A DNA stretch of 64,000 nucleotides, taken from positions 1,152,001 to 1,216,000 of the forward strand of contig CAWFGO010000001.1 in NCBI GenBank assembly GCA_963815455.1, read 5' to 3'. The translations under genes were made by a program, and so were the position numbers. This stretch comes from an uncultured Verrucomicrobiae bacterium (GTDB lineage Bacteria; Verrucomicrobiota; Verrucomicrobiia; Chthoniobacterales; UBA10450). Under the pieces are notes generated by a model. The model had not been told where the DNA came from, searched no databases, and saw only the letters and a program-made list of their open reading frames with translations. The stretch's first letter is position 1; each line of letters starts with the position of its first letter. Positions 49,435 through 60,411 of the stretch are shown piece after piece.

Positions 49435-50940
49435 ATGAACTTTCTAAAGCGGCGATTTTCAGCTGCGCCAGAAGGGACGGCCGTCCTCTTCTTCATTCAA
49501 ATCTTCGCGACGCTCGGGTTCGCCGTTCTTTATTCGACCCTGGTCCTGTACGCAACGAAGCATCTCCAGCTTCCGGTCAAGCTGGCGACCGCGTTGATGG
49601 GCGTGTTTGGCGCGTTCAATTACGGGCTGCACCTGTTCGGCGGTTACCTGGGCGGGCGGTTTCTTTCGAACCGGAATCTATTTGTCGGCGGCATGGCGTC
49701 GCAGGTGGTGGGATGCGCGTGCATCGCGACCGGCTCGCTCGCGATGTTCTATGTCGGGCTCGCTTTTTTCCTTACCGGCAGCGGCCTGAATGTGACCTGT
49801 ATCAACATGATGCTGACCCAGCGTTTCACCTCGGAGGACCCGCGCCGCGAAGGCGCTTTCCTCTGGAATTACGCCGGGATGAATGTCGGGTTTTTTGTCG
49901 GGTTCGCCGTGGCCGGTTATTTCCAGGGGACGGAGAGTTATGCGAGCCTTTTCATTTTCGCGACGCTCGGCAACTTTGTCGCTATCGTCCTGGCCCTGTT
50001 CAACTGGAAGACGTTGATCGACCGCAATACGCCGCTGCTGGAGGTGACGTCGAACCAGTTCCGGCTGCGGTTGCTGGCCGGCCTAGGCATTCTCATCGGT
50101 GTCGTACCAATCGTGTGGTTCATGCTCCAGCGACCCGGTGGGACCGAGACGATCCTCAAGACGATCTGCGCCGGGGTCGCCCTGACGCTGATCTATCTCA
50201 CGCTGCGTCACCGGGATCGACGCGAGCGGCGGAACATGACGGCGTATCTAATTCTGACTGTCGGCTCGCTGATGTTCTGGTCGTTGTATCAGATGGCCCC
50301 GAGCGGCCTGATGCTGTTCGCGGTCCACAACGTGAACCTCTTCATTGGCAAGGTGCAGATTCAGCCGCAATGGATCCAGAACATCAACACTGTCTGCATC
50401 GTAATCGGCGGACCGATTCTGGCGGCGGCCTTTACCCGCCTGCGCGCGCTCGGGTGGAGGATCGACATCCCGAAGCAGTTTGCCACGTCGCTGATTTTGA
50501 TGGCGCTGGGCTTTCTTATTCTCCCGTTAGGCATCAAACTGGCCGGCATCGACGGCAAGAGCGCGTTCGTGTGGTTGTTCATGAGTTATGTGCTGCAGAG
50601 CGCCGGTGAGTTGCTCATCTCTCCGATCGGCTACGCGATGATCGGCAAGCTCGCGCCGCGGCAATACCAGGGAATAATGATGGGCAGCTGGATGCTCTGG
50701 ACAGGTCTCGCATCACTTTTCGCGGGCGATTTCTCGGGCATGATCCCCGAGCCGACCGGCACCACGGCGCTCGCGACCAACCCTGAATATGTGAAGCTCT
50801 TCGGCGCGCTCGGCGCGGGCAGCCTCGTGGTCGGTATCGCGCTCGTCCTGCTGATTCCGTTCCTGCGCAAGCTGATCACCGACAAGGCGGAGGTGCCTGC
50901 TGTCGAAATGGCGGAGACGACGGTGGTGCCGGGCGTCTGA
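49435..50940 (+). CDS. POT/PTR family peptide:H+ symporter
   Basis: MFS TM pattern, NYAGMNVG, GELLISPIG, KLAP. Confidence 0.9.
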   Translation: MNFLKRRFSAAPEGTAVLFFIQIFATLGFAVLYSTLVLYATKHLQLPVKLATALMGVFGAFNYGLHLFGGYLGGRFLSNRNLFVGGMASQVVGCACIATGSLAMFYVGLAFFLTGSGLNVTCINMMLTQRFTSEDPRREGAFLWNYAGMNVGFFVGFAVAGYFQGTESYASLFIFATLGNFVAIVLALFNWKTLIDRNTPLLEVTSNQFRLRLLAGLGILIGVVPIVWFMLQRPGGTETILKTICAGVALTLIYLTLRHRDRRERRNMTAYLILTVGSLMFWSLYQMAPSGLMLFAVHNVNLFIGKVQIQPQWIQNINTVCIVIGGPILAAAFTRLRALGWRIDIPKQFATSLILMALGFLILPLGIKLAGIDGKSAFVWLFMSYVLQSAGELLISPIGYAMIGKLAPRQYQGIMMGSWMLWTGLASLFAGDFSGMIPEPTGTTALATNPEYVKLFGALGAGSLVVGIALVLLIPFLRKLITDKAEVPAVEMAETTVVPGV

Positions 50941-51118
50941 TCAAGAGTCTTGGCTTCCCCACGCAATTCGTTGAAGTCCGAGCAGGAATGGCCCGACGCT
51001 GGGGCGCGGCGAGTGAAACGTTCAATCGTTTGCGGCGCCAAGTTACGCGCATTGGAAACGATTGGTTAAATGAAATTAGATGCTGCCGTTTGCGGATCAA
51101 GCGGGGTGGGGTTGGTCT

Positions 51119-51147
51119 TTGACATCATGATGTCTTATTGGTACGCT
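51119..51147 (+). promoter_or_regulatory. sigma70 promoter with overlapping palindromic operator
   Basis: TTGACA-N17-TACGCT; GACATCATGATGTC palindrome at 51121-51134. Confidence 0.8.
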
Positions 51148-51154
51148 TTGATGC

Positions 51155-51397
51155 ATGAGGACAACAATTTCGATCGAGGATTCGCTTTTGCAGAAGGCGA
51201 AAAAGATTTCTCATGAACGTCGCTGCTCGCTGCGCGCGGTAATCGAAGACGCACTGCGGGCCGCGTTTGCCAAGGGACGAAAGAGAAGCCGATCCAATGC
51301 GCAGCGGCCGTTGAAGACTTTCAAAGGCTCAGGGACGCAACCCGGGATCGATCTCAGCTCATCATCAGCGCTTCTGGATGCGATGGAGTCGCGATGA
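51155..51397 (+). CDS. vapB: VapB-type antitoxin (RHH)
   Basis: MRTTISIED, VIEDALR, PGIDL; ATGA overlap with toxin. Confidence 0.88.
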   Translation: MRTTISIEDSLLQKAKKISHERRCSLRAVIEDALRAAFAKGRKRSRSNAQRPLKTFKGSGTQPGIDLSSSSALLDAMESR

Positions 51398-51822
51398 TTC
51401 TGCTGGACGTGAATATTCTGGTCGGCGCGCATCGCGAAGATGCGGATCAACACCGGGAAATTCGACCCTGGCTGGAATCGGCTCTTGGCGAACCGGCTGG
51501 CGTGGCAGTTTCGGAACTGGCTTTGAGCGGCTGCCTGCGCATGGTCACGCACCCGAAGATTTTCAAGAAACCGACGCCGCTAGCGCTGGCGCTCGAATTT
51601 CTCGATGATTTTCGTTCACGTGACGAGGTGCACCTTCTCGCGCCCGGACCGGGTCACTGGAAAATTTTCATCGATCTTTGCCGTCGCGGGGATGCGCGCG
51701 GGAACCTTGTCCCCGACGCTTTCCACGCCGCGCTGGCGATAGAACTCGGCTGCGACTGGCTAACTCTCGACCGCGGTTTTGCGCGATTTCCCGGCCTGAA
51801 ATGGCGTCACCCCCTGGATTGA
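51394..51822 (+). CDS. vapC: VapC PIN-domain toxin
   Basis: LLDVNIL, GNLVPDAFHAALAIE, TLDRGFARF. Confidence 0.93.
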   Translation: MILLDVNILVGAHREDADQHREIRPWLESALGEPAGVAVSELALSGCLRMVTHPKIFKKPTPLALALEFLDDFRSRDEVHLLAPGPGHWKIFIDLCRRGDARGNLVPDAFHAALAIELGCDWLTLDRGFARFPGLKWRHPLD

Positions 51823-51995
51823 GTCCGAGATCCCCTCGCCACGGCGAGTCTGTCCAATGGCGGACGCGGCGAGTCTTCGACCGGGCTGGCGGTTGTGACG
51901 AATGAGGGTTGTTATTCGTGCGCCGCGCGTGACCCAGAGATTCGACCCCGAACGCTTTCGGGGCCGCTACAGCGAAGAATGACAGCGAATCGCTG

Positions 51996-52931
51996 TCATT
52001 TCATGCGGTCAAACGTCTTCTGGAGAAGTTGTAAATCGGAAGCGTTGCCGGTTTTCTCGCGAGTGGTCTCGATCCATTTTTTCTCCAGTGCGTTCTTGGT
52101 CGGGCGATCACTCTGGTAAAAGACGCCGAAAACGCCGGGGAATGGGAGCTGGGCCAGTTTATACGCGGCGAGCTCGTCGGTGACGTCGTGCCTTAGCTCG
52201 TCCTCGGGAGTGTTGTCCCATTTCTTTTCCTCAACCAGCGAGAAGGCGCCGTTTTTCCTGGGATTGGCCGGGTCGAATGCGCCGGGAAAGAATTCGACGC
52301 ACTCACTCAAACATTCGATCACGCTGAACCCGGGATGATCCATGGCCCGCTCGATCATCTGGATCATGTGATTGACCTGCGCGGCGTGGGTCCGGGCGAT
52401 AAACGTGGCCCCGGCGGCGACGAGTTGTTTCATCGGGTTGACTGGGTGATCGATCGCGCCCTGGGGATCGGTCTTGCTTTTGAACCCGATGGGCGACGTC
52501 GGAGAGGTCTGTTTCTTGGTCAGGCCATAGACGAAGTTATCCATGATGACGTAGGTCATGTTGATGTTCTTGCGCGCGCCGTGATTGAGATGGTTCCCGC
52601 CAATCGAGAACCCGTCGCCGTCACCGCCGAACAGGAACACGTGCAGATCGGGTCGGGCCAGGCTGATCCCGCTGGCCAGAGGGACGGCGCGTCCGTGAAT
52701 GAAGTGGGCCCCGTGACCGTTAACGAAATAGGGAAACCGGGACGAACAACCGATCCCGGCCAGGGTGACGATCTTTTCATGATCGAGCTGACGTTTCTCG
52801 AGAACTTTGTAGAACGAAGCGAGCACGGCGAAATCGCCACACCCCGGGCACCAGGTCGGGTGGTCGGCGGTGATCGCCTTTTTGGTTAACTTCTCGCGCG
52901 GCGCTTCGGTTGTTGTTAGGGTATCACTCAT
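51996..52931 (-). CDS. 2-oxoacid:ferredoxin oxidoreductase beta subunit
   Basis: WCPGCGD, GIGCS, HGRA, GDGDG. Confidence 0.95.
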   Translation of the reverse strand: MSDTLTTTEAPREKLTKKAITADHPTWCPGCGDFAVLASFYKVLEKRQLDHEKIVTLAGIGCSSRFPYFVNGHGAHFIHGRAVPLASGISLARPDLHVFLFGGDGDGFSIGGNHLNHGARKNINMTYVIMDNFVYGLTKKQTSPTSPIGFKSKTDPQGAIDHPVNPMKQLVAAGATFIARTHAAQVNHMIQMIERAMDHPGFSVIECLSECVEFFPGAFDPANPRKNGAFSLVEEKKWDNTPEDELRHDVTDELAAYKLAQLPFPGVFGVFYQSDRPTKNALEKKWIETTREKTGNASDLQLLQKTFDRMK

Positions 52932-53123
52932 AAAAATCTCTCAATCTGGAAGCCAGGAATCCAGGAAAGGGACGGCTCTGAATAAATAGTTAGAGATCCC
53001 TCGACTTTACTCGGGATGACAAAGATTGGTTGAGCGTCGCCCACAGGGCGACGGCTACATCCTGGCTTCCTGGTTTTCAGATTTTCTTTCACATCAAGCC
53101 TCAAACATCTTACATCAAACATC

Positions 53124-55037
53124 CTATCCCACTCCTTGCGGCACGACTTCCTTTAATGATTTCACGTTTTCGGGCGCGGTGCCGGAGTGAACAGTGGGCT
53201 TGCCCTCGCGCGGGATGTGCCGGGCGGCGAATGATTTTCCCTTGAATACGCCTTCCAAAATTTCTTTTACCCGGAACGTTAACCCGTCGGTCTTGGTGAA
53301 GCTCTCGATCTTCGGTTCGCAGTAACGGGCCCGTAAGATCGTGGCCAGCTGACCGAACCCGTAGAGGCCCTGGTCGTTCATTTCCACGGTTACGATCCGT
53401 TTGTAGTTCTTGAAGATTTTTTCGAGCCCGTTCGGCAACGGATGAATGTGGCGGAGATGCAGCGCGCCGCATTTTTCTCCATGTTCCCGGGCCATTTTCA
53501 CGGCGTCATGGATCGGGCCGTAGGTCGATCCCCAACCCACCAACAACGTGTCGCCCTTCTCGTCGCCGTAAACTTCCGGCACCGGGATTTCCTCGGCCAG
53601 TTTCCGCAGTTTGTTGCGACGTTTGGCGGTCATGGCCATGTGCAACTTCGGGCTGCCGGTGGGGTGTCCCATCTCATCGTGCTCGAGCCCGCCAATGAGC
53701 GGATATTTGCCGTCGAGAATCCGAGTCCCGGGCGGGACGTGCTGCGTGATTTGATCGACTGGATACGGCTTGTGCGTTTGGCGCGGGGTGAGATCGGGTT
53801 TCGGATCGACCATCAATTTCGCCAGCTCGGGTTCGTCGAACGCTTCGATCCGCGTGGCCAGCGAGGTATCGCTCAAAATGAACACCGGTGTGCTGTACTT
53901 TCGCGCGATCCGAGCGGCTTCAATCGCGATATAGAAACAGTCCTCCACCGATTTCGCGGCCAGCACGACCCGTGGACTATCACCATGACTGCCGTAGATC
54001 GCCTGGTGCAGATCGCTCTGCTCGACATTGGTTGGCAATCCGGTGCTCGGGCCGCCCCGCTGAATATTGCAGATAATGAGCGGCATCTCCGCCATCGACG
54101 CCCAACCGATCGCTTCGGCCTTGAGCGAAATGCCCGGCCCGGCGCTGCCGGTCACGGCCAGATATCCGGAGTAAGACATTCCCAAGGCAATCGAGACCGC
54201 GCCGAGTTCATCCTCGGCCTGGACAAAGATTCCGCCGTACTTGGGCAGCTCGGTCCGGAGAATTTCCATGATCGACGACCAGGGCGTGATCGGATAACCG
54301 GCGCCGTAGCGCACACCGGCGGCGATCAATCCGTAAGCGATGGCCTGATTGCCATCCATCGTGATCTGGGCGCGCGCGCCCGGTTTTTTCTCGAGCTTTT
54401 CAAATTGATAATGATGGGTCAGCACTTTGCCGACCGGATAGGCGTAACCGGCCTGGAACGCCATCAATGCCGTGTTGACGATGCTTTGGTCTTTGCCGGC
54501 GAATCTTTCGGTGATCAGTTTTTTCAACTTCTCGACGTCGAGATTGAAAATTTTCGAGATCAGACCGAGCACGAAAATGTTTTTGCCCTTGTCCTTGGCC
54601 GTGCCGCCGAGCGCTTCGACGGTGAGCCCTGTGATCGGGACCCCGACGTAAACGAAACGCTTGTCGTCGAGGTTCGGCTCGACGTTATCGGAATCGTAAA
54701 GGAGGACGCCGCCTTCTTTCAGAAAGCCGATGTGGTCCTGATAACTGTGCTGATAAAACGCGACGAGAAAATCGGCTTCATCACCGGCCGAAAGCACTTC
54801 GCCCGTGCCCATCCGCACCTGGAAGATCGACGGCCCGCCAGAAATCGTGGCCGGAATGGTCATGTAGGTCATGACGTCCTGGTCGCTGCGGCCGGCCAGG
54901 CGGGCCAAAAAAGCGCCGGCGGATTGGATCCCGTCCTGGGAATTGCCGGCTAGTCGGATCACGGCGTCATTGATGTTTTCGGGACGCAAGTCGGCCCGGT
55001 CCGGGGTCGGAGTGGCAATTGGAGGAGTTTCGTTCAC
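53124..55037 (-). CDS. 2-oxoacid:ferredoxin oxidoreductase alpha (gamma-alpha fusion) subunit
   Basis: YPITP, AEDE, QRGGPSTGLPT, GWGST; GTG start at 55037. Confidence 0.95.
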   Translation of the reverse strand: MNETPPIATPTPDRADLRPENINDAVIRLAGNSQDGIQSAGAFLARLAGRSDQDVMTYMTIPATISGGPSIFQVRMGTGEVLSAGDEADFLVAFYQHSYQDHIGFLKEGGVLLYDSDNVEPNLDDKRFVYVGVPITGLTVEALGGTAKDKGKNIFVLGLISKIFNLDVEKLKKLITERFAGKDQSIVNTALMAFQAGYAYPVGKVLTHHYQFEKLEKKPGARAQITMDGNQAIAYGLIAAGVRYGAGYPITPWSSIMEILRTELPKYGGIFVQAEDELGAVSIALGMSYSGYLAVTGSAGPGISLKAEAIGWASMAEMPLIICNIQRGGPSTGLPTNVEQSDLHQAIYGSHGDSPRVVLAAKSVEDCFYIAIEAARIARKYSTPVFILSDTSLATRIEAFDEPELAKLMVDPKPDLTPRQTHKPYPVDQITQHVPPGTRILDGKYPLIGGLEHDEMGHPTGSPKLHMAMTAKRRNKLRKLAEEIPVPEVYGDEKGDTLLVGWGSTYGPIHDAVKMAREHGEKCGALHLRHIHPLPNGLEKIFKNYKRIVTVEMNDQGLYGFGQLATILRARYCEPKIESFTKTDGLTFRVKEILEGVFKGKSFAARHIPREGKPTVHSGTAPENVKSLKEVVPQGVG

Positions 55038-55085
55038 GCGGGATAGAACTGTAACAAAATTAGAGCATGATTCCACTGGCAATTG

Positions 55086-55198
55086 AGGTGGATCGGCCGC
55101 TCTGCGGGCGATGCCGGAATAATGCGGCCTTGCCGCCACATCTACCATCGCGCTCGGAGATCGTGATCCAGCTGATGAAGGTGCAGCCGCGGGCGCTG
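55086..55198 (+). repeat. 113-bp direct repeat, copy 1
   Basis: 8 mismatches to 58117-58229 by manual alignment. Confidence 0.9.
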
Positions 55199-55312
55199 GC
55201 GGCGATTTGGCTCTGCGGCCGACACGGCCGCCTCTACGCCGCTGCGCGGAAGAGAGGTCGGAGGAGATTCGTCGGCTCGACAGAGTCTCGCCCTACGGGC
55301 AATGTTTCCACG

Positions 55313-56359
55313 ATGAAGAAATTGCTCTGGGCTTTGGTGCTGCTGCCCGTCATCGCCGCGGCGGAAGATGTTTACAAACCGCTGATGCAAATTCCGATCG
55401 GGGGCCAGGGCGGCTGGGATATTCTGACTGTCGATCCGGTGGCGCACCGGCTTTACCTCTCGCACTCGACCAAGGTTGTGGTGGTCGATCTGGAGAAGAA
55501 TGCCGTTGTTGGCGAGATCGGTGATACGCCCGGCGTTCACGGATTCGTCGCGGTGCCCGACTTGGGACGCGGATTTTCTTCGAACGGCAAGGAATCGAAA
55601 TCGAGCGTTGTCGATCTAAAAACGCTCCGGACGATGTCGAAGGTGGATACCGGCGAGAATCCTGATGCCCTCATTTACGAACCAAAGCGAGGCGAGATTT
55701 ACGTTTTCAATCACACCGGGAATTCGGCGACGGTGATCGACGCGAAGGCGGAGAAACCAATCGCCACCATCCCGCTTGGCGGGAGCCCGGAGTTCGCCGT
55801 GGCTGATTCCGGAGCGGGGCGCGTCTATTGCAATATCGAGGACAAGAGCGAGGTCGCAGTCATCGACACGACAAAGCACGAAGTCGTGGCGCGCTGGCCA
55901 ATTGCGCCCGGGGAAGAGGCGAGCGGTATCGCGCTGGACGCGGCAAATCATCGGCTCTTCGTGACTTGTCATAATCAAATGATGACGATGCTGGATGCCG
56001 GCACGGGCAAAGTGATTGCCACGGTGCCGATCGGTACAGGAGTCGATGGGTGCGCTTTTGATGAGGCAAGGAAACTGGTCTTCGCTTCCTGCGGCGAAGG
56101 GACAACGACGATCGCGAAAGAGGAAACGCCGGACAAACTTTCGATCGTACAAATCCTGAAAACGGAGCGCGGCGCGCGGACCATTGCCATCGATCCGAGC
56201 ACGCATCGGATTTATTTGCCGACAGCGCAATTCGAGCCGGCGCCGCCTGCCGCGGCGAACCAGGGCGAAGGCGGGTCACCCGCGCCCGCGCCACGAGTCC
56301 GACCGAAAATCATCCCGAATACCGTGAAGCTTCTGGTTTTCGCTCCGACAAGTCCCTAG
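55313..56359 (+). CDS. YncE-like secreted beta-propeller protein
   Basis: GGWDILT, TPGVHG, ENPDA, GARTIA. Confidence 0.88.
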   Translation: MKKLLWALVLLPVIAAAEDVYKPLMQIPIGGQGGWDILTVDPVAHRLYLSHSTKVVVVDLEKNAVVGEIGDTPGVHGFVAVPDLGRGFSSNGKESKSSVVDLKTLRTMSKVDTGENPDALIYEPKRGEIYVFNHTGNSATVIDAKAEKPIATIPLGGSPEFAVADSGAGRVYCNIEDKSEVAVIDTTKHEVVARWPIAPGEEASGIALDAANHRLFVTCHNQMMTMLDAGTGKVIATVPIGTGVDGCAFDEARKLVFASCGEGTTTIAKEETPDKLSIVQILKTERGARTIAIDPSTHRIYLPTAQFEPAPPAAANQGEGGSPAPAPRVRPKIIPNTVKLLVFAPTSP

Positions 56360-56374
56360 CAGCAAATTTGTGTC

Positions 56375-57125
56375 TTGCGCCGATTAATACTATTTCTGTT
56401 TGCGATCTCGGCGTTTGTTGGGCAGCACGCGCGCGCACAAGGCGGCCCGCCGATGATTACGGACGATCCCGGCACGCCGGGCAACGGTCGTTGGGAAATC
56501 AATCTGGCCGTCGCTTTCGAGCATCGACAAAGCGAAACATCGTGGGATTTGCCGATGATCGATCTGAACTACGGCGTCGGCGAGCGGATTCAACTGACGC
56601 TGCAATCCGCGCCGGTCCTTTTAAAGCGGAGCGGCCAGGGATCAATCGGTGGAATCGGCGGCACTGAAGCGGCGTTGAAATGGCGATTTTTGGACGAAGA
56701 ACGCGACGGCGTTTCGATGTCGATCTTCCCGCGAATCATTTTCAACGTCGTCCAGTCATCGGCGCGCCGCGGTTTGTCGGAAGCGGGAACACGAGTCCGA
56801 TGCCCCATGCAGATCGCGAAGAAATTCGGCGTGGTTGATCTCGATCTCGAGGCCGGATCGCTCACCAGCACCGTCGGACGCAGCGAATGGCTCTATGGAA
56901 TCGTCGGCGCCATCGAAGTCAGCAAGACCACTGCGTTCATGGCGGAGCTGCAGGGCACGGCGCGGACGAGTTTCGCGCGAGACACGTTAACGGTAAACGT
57001 CGGTGTTCGACACAAGCTCAAGCGACTGGTCGATCCTGATTGCGTCGTTAGGCCACGAGGTCCGATCGCCGGACGACGAACCATTGGCGTTAGTTGGCTA
57101 TTGCGGCGTGCAGCTGCTGTTCTGA
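56375..57125 (+). CDS. Outer-membrane transporter-like barrel protein, frameshift near 57020
   Basis: GPPMITDDPGT, DLNYG; alternate frame gives SLGHEV...GYCGVQLLF stop. Confidence 0.7.
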
Positions 57126-57247
57126 AACGTGTAGTGGCGGGCGTGTCGCCCGCAAATAATTATGTTGTTGCGTCCGACACGGCCACCTCTACACCGCTTC
57201 GCGGGAATTTGTAGCCGCGGGCGCTGACTGCGGTTTCAGTTAATCGA

Positions 57248-58033
57248 TTAATGCGCTTTTGAAGCCGGCTTCTGCGGGAACATTAGGATCAACGCGACGA
57301 TCCCCACAAGGAGCGCCAGAGATGCGGTATAGCGGCTCAGGGCCAATCCTCCATTCGCCAGAGGCTTATCCAGAAAATCACCGACGACGGCTCCAAGTGG
57401 GCGGGTCAGGATGAATGCCGCCCAAAACAGAATCGCGTGCGAGATGTTCGTGAAATAGTAGAGAAGCGCGGTCAGAAGGAGCAACCCGCCGAACACGGCG
57501 GTAGCCCCGAGATAGCCCGTGTCATTGGTATCCGCGACCCAGTCGCCGAGCGCAGTCCCCAGCGTCTGCGAGAACAGGATCGTGACCCAATAAAAGATCT
57601 CGACCTTCGGCGTGCTCACCGTTTCGACCGATATGCTCCCCGTTGACCAACGCCACGATAAAAGGGACACCATTACCAGGATCAACAAGATGGTCGAACC
57701 GCCCGTGTAACCGATACCGAGCGATCGGGTGCAATAGTCGGCCAGCGTGGTGCCGACCGTTGTCGTTGCCACGATCGTCAGCCAATACAGAAACGGGTGA
57801 AATTTCTTCGCCTTGATCTGGACCAGGACCGCGGCGACAAAAATAACGCCGAATATTGCCGTGCCGATGAGATAGCCGCCGCCTTTGTTCGCGGCGGTAG
57901 TCTCGCCAAGCCACGACATGGTGACAGCGTCGCCGCCCGTTTCACCCAGCGTGGTGGCGAGGATCTTAATGATCCAGAATACCAGGGTTACGTGGGGTAC
58001 TTTGGCAACTAGCTCCGAGGTCTTTTTGTCCAT
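57248..58033 (-). CDS. COG4705/DUF347 membrane protein
   Basis: KVPHVTLVFWIIKILATTLGETGGD, TRPLGA. Confidence 0.92.
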   Translation of the reverse strand: MDKKTSELVAKVPHVTLVFWIIKILATTLGETGGDAVTMSWLGETTAANKGGGYLIGTAIFGVIFVAAVLVQIKAKKFHPFLYWLTIVATTTVGTTLADYCTRSLGIGYTGGSTILLILVMVSLLSWRWSTGSISVETVSTPKVEIFYWVTILFSQTLGTALGDWVADTNDTGYLGATAVFGGLLLLTALLYYFTNISHAILFWAAFILTRPLGAVVGDFLDKPLANGGLALSRYTASLALLVGIVALILMFPQKPASKAH

Positions 58034-58116
58034 CTATCCTCTCAAGTTAGTGGCATGAGTCGAATCGCAGTGGATCGCGTTGCTGGTTGCATCGTCCGCG
58101 CTTCCATACGGAGCCA

Positions 58117-58229
58117 AGGTGGATCGGCCGCTCCGCGGGCGATGCCGGAATAATGGGGCCTTGCCGCCACATCTACCATCGCGCCCGGAGATCGCGATCC
58201 ACCTGATGATGTTGTAGCCGCGGGCGCTG
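58117..58229 (+). repeat. 113-bp direct repeat, copy 2
   Basis: See 55086-55198. Confidence 0.9.
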
Positions 58230-58238
58230 ACCGCGGCA

Positions 58239-60411
58239 TTAGTTCGCCGCTGGTTCGAGACCGCGGCGTTTTAGCAACGGCTCAATATACGGATCGCGCC
58301 CAACGAAATTCTTAAACAAGCCCAGGGCATCAGCCGATCCGCCGCGGGACAAGAGCATCGAGCGGAAGCGGTCGCCGTTCTCGCGCTTGAGGCCGCCGTG
58401 TTCCTTGATCCATTCAACCGTGTCGGCATCGAGCACTTCGCTCCAGATGTAGGAGTAGTAACCAGCCGAATATCCGCCGGCGAATGCGTGCGAGAAATAC
58501 GGACTCCGATAACGGGGCGGGACCGGTGCGAAATCGACCCCGGCCTTGTGCAACGCTTCCGCCTCGAACGCCATCGCGTCCTTGGGAATCTCGGCGGGAC
58601 TCAGTTGGTGCCAGGCCTGATCGAGCAACGCCGCGGCCAGATACTCGCTAGTCGCATAACCCTGATTGAACTTTTCCGAGGCCTCGACTTTGTCCACCAA
58701 CGCCTGCGGAATCGGTTCGCCGGTCTTATAATGTTTGGCGTAATTCTTCAGCACCTCCGGCCAGTTCGCCCACATCTCGTTCACTTGCGACGGATACTCG
58801 ACGAAATCCCGCGGCACGCTGGTCCCGGCGAACCGCGGATATTTCACGTTGGAAAACATTCCGTGCAACGCATGACCGAATTCGTGAAAAGCGGTGCGCA
58901 CTTCATCATGCGTCAGCAACGTCGGCTCGCCTTTCGGCGGTTTCGGGATGTTGAGATGATTCGCCACCACCGGTTTCGTCCCGAACAATCCGCTTTGCGG
59001 GACGTAAGCGTTCATCCAGGCTCCCCCGCGCTTGGAAGGACGCGCGTAATAATCGGCAATGAAAAGCGCCAGCGGTTTGCCATCCGCGTCGAAAACTTCG
59101 AATACGCGGACTTCAGGAAGATAAACCGGGAGATCGTGTCGCTCCTTGAAGGTAAGTCCGTAAAGTTTTCCAGCGGCAAAAAAGACGCCGTCGATCAGGA
59201 CGTGGTTCATTTCGTAATACGGCCGCAGTTCCGATTCATCGAACGTCGTACTTCGCCTTGCGGACTTTCTCGGAATAAAAATTCCAATCCCACGAGGCGA
59301 TTTGAAATCCGCCTTTTTCTTCATCGACAATCTTCTGCATGTCGGCCGCTTCGCGGCGGGCATTGCCGACTGCGGGAGGCGCCAGTTCAGCCAGGAGTTT
59401 GTTTACGGTCGGAACGTCTTTCGCAGTCTGATCCTCGAGTTGATAGGCAGCCCAACTTGCATATCCGAGCAATTTCGCCTTTTCGGCCCGAAGCTGGGCG
59501 GTGTGAATCACAATGTTGCGGGTATCGAACTCGCCGCCTTTGCTATTGCGCGACAACGACGTTTGCATGATGCGTTCGCGCAACGGGCGGTTCTGCAACG
59601 ATCCCAGTAGCGGCTGGCCGGTCGTGTTTTGGAGCTGGATGACGAACTTGCCTTCCTTTTTTTCGTCCTTCGCCGCTGCAATTGTCCCCGCCATCTGGCT
59701 ATCCGATAGCCCGGCCAGATCTTCCTTCTTATCAACCACAACCGACGACGCGTTCTTTTCTTTCAACACATCCTGGGAAAACTGGGTTTGCAGCGTGGCC
59801 AGCTCGGCATTCATTTTCTTAAGCTTTTCCTTGTCCGGATCGGACAACTTGGCGCCGGCCCGCACAAAATCCTTGTAGTAACGCTCGAGCAGATAACTCG
59901 ATTCGGGATCGAGCCCGAGTTTGTCGCGATTGTCATAAACTTCCTGGAGCCGGGCAAAAAGTTTGCTGTTGAGAAAAATCGCATCGTTATGCGCGGAAAG
60001 CTTCGGAGCCATTTCGGCCTCGATCTTCTGCATCGCCGGATTGGTGTTGCACGCGTTCAGGTTCGAGAAGGTTCGTTCCGCCCGGTCGAGCAGCTGCCCC
60101 GTTTTTTCCAGAGCGACGACGGTGTTATCGAACGTGGGCTTTTCCGCGCTGGAGGCGATCCCCTCGACTTCTTTGAGCTGCTCGCGCATCCCGGCTTCCA
60201 TCGCCGGGACGAAATGCTTGTCCTTGATCTTGTCGAACGGCGGGAATTGATACGGCAACGCGCTCTCGGTCATGAGCGGATTGCCGGCAGTCGCGGCGGA
60301 TGAGGAATGTTTCACGGATGCTTTAGGCGCAGCATGAGAAGTAATCGCGATTTGCGTTAGCGCCAGTGCCATGGAGGCGGCGAACAATTTGGAACGGACG
60401 AGGTAATGCAT
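58239..60411 (-). CDS. dcp: M3 peptidyl-dipeptidase Dcp, split by one extra base near 59245
   Basis: KRGGAWM, HEFGHALH, DFVEYPSQ, YSAGYYSY; two overlapping ORFs form one protein. Confidence 0.9.

Noticed and set aside
53442..54953. Long antisense ORFs (also 58398-59570 and 28930-29784)
   Set aside because: Shadow frames of high-GC genes with no recognisable motifs
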